Assembly (NCBI GenBank): GCA_046563655.1
Contig: CM102284.1
Span: 7,254,001-7,318,000, forward strand
DNA length: 64,000 nt
Origin: Yuukianura sp. NJ FZ-2021
Lineage: Eukaryota
Direction of reading: 5' to 3'
Below, piece after piece: positions 51,062 through 64,000 of the stretch. A model generated the notes under the pieces. That model made no database searches. It was not told where the DNA came from and worked only from the letters and a program-made list of their open reading frames with translations. The first letter of the stretch is position 1, and each line of letters begins with the position of its first letter. The position numbers were made by a program, and so were the translations under genes.

Positions 51062-52891
51062 ATGAGAACTTTAGTATTCCACCGATTGAAATCCATTGGC
51101 ACCGGCACATTCCGACGGGGATTTTGCCAGAATGCTAGCGAAACTAGCGATGCTTCATCGGAAACTTTGATAAAAGGGAGACGTATATTTTCCGGAATTC
51201 AGCCAACGGGACAAATTCATTTAGGCAATTACTTTGGAGCTATACGGAAATGGGTAGCGTTTCAAGATGATCCCAAATACTTGGAAACCATTTACTCAAT
51301 CGTGGATCTTCACGCCATAACACTTCCTCAGGTAAAAAGCACGCTGAATCTCAAGGTGAAAAGAAAATCATTGTTAATTATATTTGCTTTCCTTGTTTTA
51401 GAAACCCGAATATTTGGAGAAAAATATCATGGAGGCAACTGCCACATTGATGGCCTGTGGACTTGATTCAAACAAAAGCATACTGTTCCTTCAGTCACAT
51501 GTAAATCGGTTCACTAAATTTCTAAAAAAAAAAGATGATGCGGAAATTGTCTTACGTAAACTAATTTGTCCAGGTCGAGGCACATACACAATTAACTTGG
51601 GTGTTAGGATCTCTTACCACCATGCTACGTTTGGCCCACCTTCCGCAATTTAAAGAGAAAAGTAAATCGATGAAGGAAGTACCGCTGGGTCTGTACACTT
51701 ATCCAGTGCTACAGGCCGCTGACATTCTGCTGTACAAGTAAATGACAACAGCAATTAGAAGTTCATAGAAAACACATTAATCGTTAATTTAGATTAAATT
51801 TTTAGTAAGGAGAGAGCATAAGAATGAAGGGAGTTAATTAGTTAATCTAATTGTAGCGAGCAGTGGGAGTAGCCTAATGACCGATGGAAAAAGTAGATTT
51901 TCGAATCATTTTTGGTGCGAGAGCAGCAGAGCTGCAAGGGAATTATACGAAACCAAAATCCTCCCCTGGAATTTAGAGGTTCTTCTGCATTCCCTCCTTT
52001 TTTGTGAAGGACAGGAGCAAAAGCCATGAACCTTTTCGATTCGTACGATATCCGATCTGCTCTCGCACAAAAATGCTGTGTCCGCTTATCCAACACTGAT
52101 GTCACAATCAGTGATGTGACATTTCTTCTACAAATTGAACCGATAAATGAAACTGGTAATTAGCCAAGTACTTTAATTCGTTTTTGGTTCCTAGTGCCAC
52201 GGAAATTCCTATCGGTGAAGACAACATCCAGCACATTCAACTTGCCCAGCATCTTGGCCGCACTTTCAACCGAACCTACGGCGACACATTTAGAATTCCA
52301 AAGGCCATTGTAGACGGTAAAACAAAACTGCAATTTAATCGTTTACTTTCAGTTGACGATACTTTGATTAACTAATTATAATTGGTAGATGGATTGTCTC
52401 GGCGAATTCGCAGTCTTCGCAAACCGGAGAACAAAATGTCCAAATCCGAACCAGATCCGAAGAGCCGTATCGCATTACTGGACACTCCAGAGGACATTTT
52501 AGAAAAAATTCGGAAAGCAGTGACAGATTCAACTTCAGCTGTAACTTATGACCTCGATAATCGTCCTGGAGTTTCAAATCTTCTTGAGATTCATTCTCTC
52601 TGTTCTGGAAGAAGTGTGGAAGATATCGTTAGGAGTGTTACGCATCTGGATTCTGGACAATACAAATTGGTCGTAGCAGAGTCACTCATCGAGTTCCTGC
52701 AGCCAATTAGAACAAAAGCAATTCAATATCTTCAAAATCCTGAATTTATCTTAGAAGTTTTAGAAAAAGGAGAAGACAAAGCCAAAGCAATTGCAGAGCC
52801 TGTATGGGAATCAGTATGTCAAAAAGTTGGAATTGCTCCAAGACGGAAATTGTACTCTTCTAGGTCAATTCCTTCAGCATTACAGAACTGA
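51062..52891 (+). CDS. WARS2: Mitochondrial tryptophanyl-tRNA synthetase
   Basis: [16 protein letters not shown] (HIGH motif), [35 protein letters not shown]. Exons 51062-51331, 51402-51500, 51574-51737, 52195-52316, 52390-52891. Confidence 0.96.
51849..52135. ncRNA. Candidate structured intronic RNA of unknown class
   Basis: GC-richer island in the 457-bp WARS2 intron with a 19-bp stem (51907-51926 with 52057-52075, one bulge) enclosing smaller stems. No known family motif identified. Confidence 0.35.
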
Positions 52892-53315
52892 ACTAAACTT
52901 TCAAAAATTGTTTCAACACGATTTTTTAAACCATTTTTAGTTATTGTTCAAAATTTGAAAAATCTCTCTTTCCTCACTTAGCGTGTCCGAATGCGAAAAA
53001 TTGAGAGGCGCCAAAGTGGTTTCATTCACATTGTCAACTCGTGGGTTTGTATTCTTCAATTTTTCATTTCATGTTGTGTGCTCTGCTCCTGCTGTTGGGT
53101 ATTTTTCGTTAATCGTTACTCATCGGTTGTAATTCAATTAATTGAGTTACTGCGAAGCTGGGGAGTCTTTCGGACTAGGTGATACTACAAAGGTTAATCG
53201 TTGATCTGTTAATTTGAAGGTAAGCAAGTCTAAATGGAAAAGTGGAATTGTAATTACGTATTTGTAAAGTTTACGTTATGTAATTTAGCATGTTCCTTTC
53301 CTGACAGGTATCACG

Positions 53316-55710
53316 ATGGGTAAATTCAATGCCAAGTCGAAACGTCGCGAAGGGTTCAACAAATCCAACCACAGTATGAACCCTGACCGGAAAGTGGATG
53401 GGCTGAAAGGTGTCGCCAAGCCTCGTGACAAAGCGACAATCAAACGACTTCAGATGTACAGAAACTTCAAGGCCAAACGAAACAGGTCTGGAGAAATCAT
53501 TCGACCGGCCCCATTTCAGTCCACACTCAAATCAGGAACGATTGCTCGAGTTGAACCGAATCAAAAATGGTTTGGAAATACGAAGACTATTTCCCAGAAC
53601 GCCTTACAAAAGTTTCAAGAGGAACTTGGGAAAGCTATAAAGGATCCTTACCAGGTATAAAGTCGTTAATCTTTGTAAACTTTCCTTTAGCTGAAGTTCG
53701 CTTAATATTGCTTTGAATTCCGGAATAGGTTATCATGCGGCCATCAAAACTTCCCATTACGCTACTAAATGAAAAGGCGAAACAGGCTCGCGTTCACGTT
53801 CTGGATACAGAGAGCTTTGAGAACGTTTTCGGCCCCAAGAAGATCAGGAAAAGACCGAATTTGGCCGTGACAGAATATGCTGATCTAGCTGAGATGGCCG
53901 AGAACAAAGCAGGATCTTATGATGCTGCCAAGGACCGAGATTTGGTTCGAGACGCTCCGGATATGTGGGAACCTGCGAGAGAATGGGTCATGGGTGCTGG
54001 ACAGAGCAAACGTATTTGGAACGAGCTGTACAAAGTTATCGATTCGTCGGATGTGGTTATTCAGGTAAAGAGCACGGCAATTAGAGAAATGAAATTGGCG
54101 CTGATTTCAAGTAAGTCAACTCAATTTAATTCGTTTTTAGGTTCTGGATGCCCGAGATCCAATGGGAACAAGGTCTCCCCCGCTGGAAAAGTTTCTGAAG
54201 AAGGATAAACCACACAAGCACCTCGTCTTTGTCCTAAACAAAGTCGATTTAGTTCCAACTTGGGTCACACAACGTTGGGTGGCAATTCTTTCAGCAGAAT
54301 ATCCCACTATGGCTTTCCACGCATCTATGACACATCCCTTTGGTAAAGGCTCTTTGATCAACCTTCTTCGTCAATTTTCCAAGCTCCATCAAGACAAGAA
54401 ACAGATTTCAGTTGGATTCATTGGTTACCCCAACGTTGGCAAGTCGTCAGTCATCAACACTCTCAAAGCCAAGAAAGTTTGTAAAGTTGCTCCAATCGCT
54501 GGTAAGTTTATTTGAATACTGAAACTGAAGACTCACACTTACCTCAATTCTTTCTTACATTTCAGGAGAAACTAAGGTTTGGCAGTACATCACTCTCATG
54601 CGTCGTATCTACTTGATTGATTGTCCTGGAGTTGTGTACCCTTACGAAGAATCCAACACCGAAAAAGTACTCAAGGGAGTAGTTCGAGTCGAATTAGTTG
54701 AAAATCCTGAAGACTACATTGGACCTGTTCTTGAGCGCGTTAAGAAAGCTTACATGGCCAAAACATACAAAATCGACGATTGGAAAACTCCAGAAGACTT
54801 TTTGACTCAGATGGCCCAGAAATGTGGAAAGCTTCTGCGTGGTGGCGAGCCCGACTTGAATACCGTCGCGAAGATGGTTCTGAATGACTGGCAACGTGGA
54901 AAACTTCCGTTCTTTACGGTTCCTCCTGGTTATGAAAAGAAGATAGAAAGTACTGCTTCCACCTCAACTTCAGAATCTACTGGACCATTGACAGAAGGTG
55001 ATGCGGAGGCTCCTGTAGTTGAATCCGGAGGACTCAAGAAGCCCAACTTACTCCAGAATTTAAACAAGATTCTCGTTGGTCTGGATTATGAAGGTGACGA
55101 TCTCCAGCCACTGGACCAAGAAATGATGGAAGATGACACTGAAATTTTCGATTCGGATGAAGGAGAATCTGAGGAGGAAGATGAAGAAGACGACGAAATG
55201 CAAGTACAGTCGGACGCTGATTCTGCCGAGGAAAAGCCAACACCAACACCATCTTCATCTTTATCAGCAATGACAACAGCACAACATCGCAAGAAACTGT
55301 CCAAACGTCAGAAACAGAAGAAGAAAAGTTTAGTCGTTGTGACCAATCAGCAAAGAAAGGCTGGAAGATTATCCGCGCCCGATGCTGCCAGTACTTCGTC
55401 GTCACTGACCAGTGGCAAGGGACGTGGAAAGCATCAGCGAATCCAGAAAGTATCTGGATCAATAACTAAAAAGTCTCCAGCTACATCTCCGTTTGTTGTC
55501 ACTGGAAAACAGCGCCAGCGTCAAGACAGTACTGCTGAAGATGCTGCCCAAGAAAAACTAACAAGCAAACAGAAGAGGTCCCTGGAACGTGAAAACAAAC
55601 GTAAGAAAGTCGGTAGCAACTTTTATGAAGTGACGAACGTCAAGAACCGAAATCGTGACCGAAAAGTACCTAAGGCTCAACGTCCAGCAAAACCGAAAGC
55701 AAAATATTAA
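53316..55710 (+). CDS. GNL2: Nucleolar GTP-binding protein 2 (Nog2/Ngp1)
   Basis: NGP1NT domain ([29 protein letters not shown]), [43 protein letters not shown], acidic and basic tail. Confidence 0.96.
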
Positions 55711-56094
55711 TTGAATGTCAATTGTCGTGGATGAAGCCTGGCCAAAATGGAATCAGCGTCTTCAGTGAAGTTGGATGGTTCATTCCAGAATACATCCTTG
55801 TCCAGCTCATGCCTTCCAGTGCACAATAAAATCAACTGAAAGCATTTTGAATGGTCGCATTGCTCTGTTTCGAAATAAATTGAAACGTATTATGTGTTTA
55901 ATCCAAAACGTAAAACTAACTTACAGTATGATTTTTGCAAAACAAATTCGCGCTTAAATTATGCCAAAGGGTGTTTTGCACATTGAATCCAGCGATTGAG
56001 CCGAGAAAATCGCTGCAAGTTTGAATTTTTTAGGATTTTCTAAATGCGGAGTAGTGCTTGTATTTTTTAAGTTTTTGAAGAGCCTTGTGCATAG

Positions 56095-57242
56095 CACTAT
56101 GGGACCGATTTGAAAAAAAGGTCCACCTATTTCAGTGACATTTTTTTCGGGTCAAAATAGGTCAAAAAGCGGCATGGGTTACTAAAAACTTGTTTTATGA
56201 CATCAGCTGACCTTAATTTAGCGAAAAACCGAAAAATCCGAAATTCGGGGAATTTGAACTTCCGGTGGAATTTTTTCGGATTTTTTGATGCGATCATGTT
56301 TGTGACCTTAGTTGATGACCTCCTGTGAAGTTTGACCCAAATCTGCGCATAAATGACCGAGTTATAGGGCAAAAAGCCCCAAAAAGTGCCAAAAAAGGGT
56401 CAACTTCCGGAAGCTCTAGCGGCCAGGGCGTTGACCGGACGGGTGCGAATAGGGGGTCTATTCACAAGGTCATGTCCTTAGCTACAAAAAAGTACTAAGG
56501 TCCGATACCCGTCAGACCCCTGCGTTACGAGATAATAGCGTTTGGAGATATGTTACGTTTATGGGGGGATACCAATACCGAAATAACTTAATGATATTTC
56601 TCTTGTGCAAACTACTGAACAAAATTAAACACATCTGCTTTGTTTTATTTATTTCATAGTGTTAGCTCAGTTTTATTTGATGTACTTTCATATTTTAAAG
56701 CTTTTTTCAACAGTTTGCACAACATTACGTTGCACAAAAATAGCGTTACCTTATTTCGTTATTGATATCCCCCCATAAACGTAGCATATATTCAAACGCT
56801 ATTATCTCGTAACGCAGGGGTCTGACGGGTATCGGACCTTAGTACTTTTTTGTAGCTAAGGACATGACCTTGTGAATAGACCCCCTATTCGCACCCGTCC
56901 GGTCAACGCCCTGGCCGCTAGAGCTTCCGGAAGTTGACCCTTTTTTGGCACTTTTTGGGACCTTTTGCCCTATAACTCGGTCATTTATGCGCAGATTTGG
57001 GTCAAACTTCACAGGAGGTCATCAACTAAGGTCACAAACATGATCGCATCAAAAAATCCGAAAAAATTCCACCGGAAGTTCAAATTCCCCGAATTTCGGA
57101 TTTTTCGGTTTTTCGCTAAATTAAGGTCAGCTGATGTCATAAAACAAGTTTTTAGTAACCCATGCCGCTTTTTGACCTATTTTGACCCGAAAAAAATGTC
57201 ACTGAAATAGGTGGACCTTTTTTTCAAATCGGTCCCATAGTG
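56095..57242. mobile_element. Non-autonomous Transib-type foldback element
   Basis: Termini CACTATG..CATAGTG, 5-bp TSD CATAG (56090-56094 and 57243-57247), ~490-bp inverted arms (56095-56586 and 56751-57242) and a ~165-bp AT-rich spacer. No transposase. Confidence 0.88.
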
Positions 57243-57612
57243 CATAGGAAGCTTTCGGGAGATCAAAAAAGTAGATCGGATATTGTATGAAACGAAGAGG
57301 CAAATAGGGGTTTTGGTCTTGTGTGTTTTTGTATGGGGAGGATAAGTGCCGGGAAAAGTATGGAAAAAAAGAGGGAGCCTTCTTGCTTCGCATAATCTCC
57401 TGTCAACTTTTCCTCTCTTCTGCCTATCCCCCAATGTTAAACTTCAGTTCAAAATGAGAGTGGGTGACAAGGGTGGTGTGCAGTAACTGCTACTCCAACC
57501 ACACAAATTCAGAGGGTGACAAGGGATGTGCAAGTAACTGCTACTCCGATCAAACAAATTATTCAAACACTAATTTCACCCATTTTACCGCTCTTTTTGA
57601 AAGTCGTGTCTC
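57243..57612. repeat. Dispersed repeat family 1, copy 2 (interrupted near its left end by the Transib element)
   Basis: Matches 20981-21365. Weak similarity continues left of the Transib (gagccttgtg at ~56080 versus gagtctttta at ~20974). Confidence 0.85.
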
Positions 57613-58082
57613 ATGTCATATTTTCTCCTTTATACAGTTTGAGACAATAGCAAGCCAACTTGTTTTAATTATTGTTGCTAATTATTTATTATCACCCTAT
57701 TGTGATTATTATTATAAGTTGTAATTATTATTATTATTATGATTAATTGTAGTTAAGCTTTGGAACTTTAATCTGAAGATAATTGATTATAACTACAATT
57801 ATTATAACGCCTTAGAATTTTTAGGTTAGCTAAACTTTTAATTTCTTCTAAATCCCTCTTCCTTTAAGTCCAGCGTAAATAAATTACATAGTTTAACATT
57901 TGTAAAACTCCCTTCCAGATCCAGATCTTCTGCAAATCATCATAGCTTGGTCACACCATTTTTAAAATTTTAAGAATCCAAAAAAGTTTTATGTACAGAA
58001 CTAAAAAATACTGAGAACCTCCAATTTGGAAAGTTTTAACTTTCATAATTCTAGTTTACAAAAACGATGGATGACATGTAAA

Positions 58083-63954
<5,872 letters not shown>

Positions 63955-64000
63955 TTTAATAAATTCTGACAAGCCTAAACCCTTGACAGATGACTCAGCT

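Noticed and set aside
51870-51878. CCTAA in the WARS2 intron as a telomerase RNA template for TTAGG
   Set aside because: Only one repeat unit, with no extra alignment bases matching TTAGG. No convincing H/ACA or template-pseudoknot layout.
51849-52135. Intronic RNase P, MRP, U3, SRP or 7SK RNA
   Set aside because: Could not find GGAAGGTCTGAG/AATTCAGAC, GAAAGTCCCC/GGGGCT or the other family motifs on either strand.
51062-52891. Bacterial-type TrpRS as horizontal transfer
   Set aside because: It has introns and a targeting presequence; this is the normal mitochondrial enzyme.
56127-57210. Two identical 81-aa ORFs on opposite strands
   Set aside because: By-product of the inverted arms; no recognisable protein motifs.

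Overview
Gene-dense, AT-rich eukaryotic (animal, most likely arthropod/hexapod) genomic DNA with many short GT-AG introns of about 55-90 bp. It is not prokaryotic, so most entries in the ORF track are exon fragments or spurious shadows. Fourteen spliced or single-exon protein genes are recognisable: BAHD1, NSMCE2, DLG5, MRPS21, DDX11, PRPF18, class III eIF4E, a HAUS3-like gene, an ADAMTS protease, a CFAP70-like TPR gene, adrenodoxin, WARS2, GNL2 and brahma. The most unusual structure is in ADAMTS intron 3: three P-like non-autonomous elements nested in each other's terminal inverted repeats, each with an exact 8-bp TSD. This nest also carries a TA-TSD MITE, a 5'-truncated CRE-type retrotransposon and an exact 17-nt terminal duplication. 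Other points: a defective intron-bearing Tc2/pogo element, a Transib-type foldback with ~490-bp arms, a candidate structured RNA in a WARS2 intron, a dual-frame exon in BAHD1 and a possible readthrough tail on eIF4E3. Gene names come from recalled motif similarity, not database searches. Exon boundaries were read by eye.
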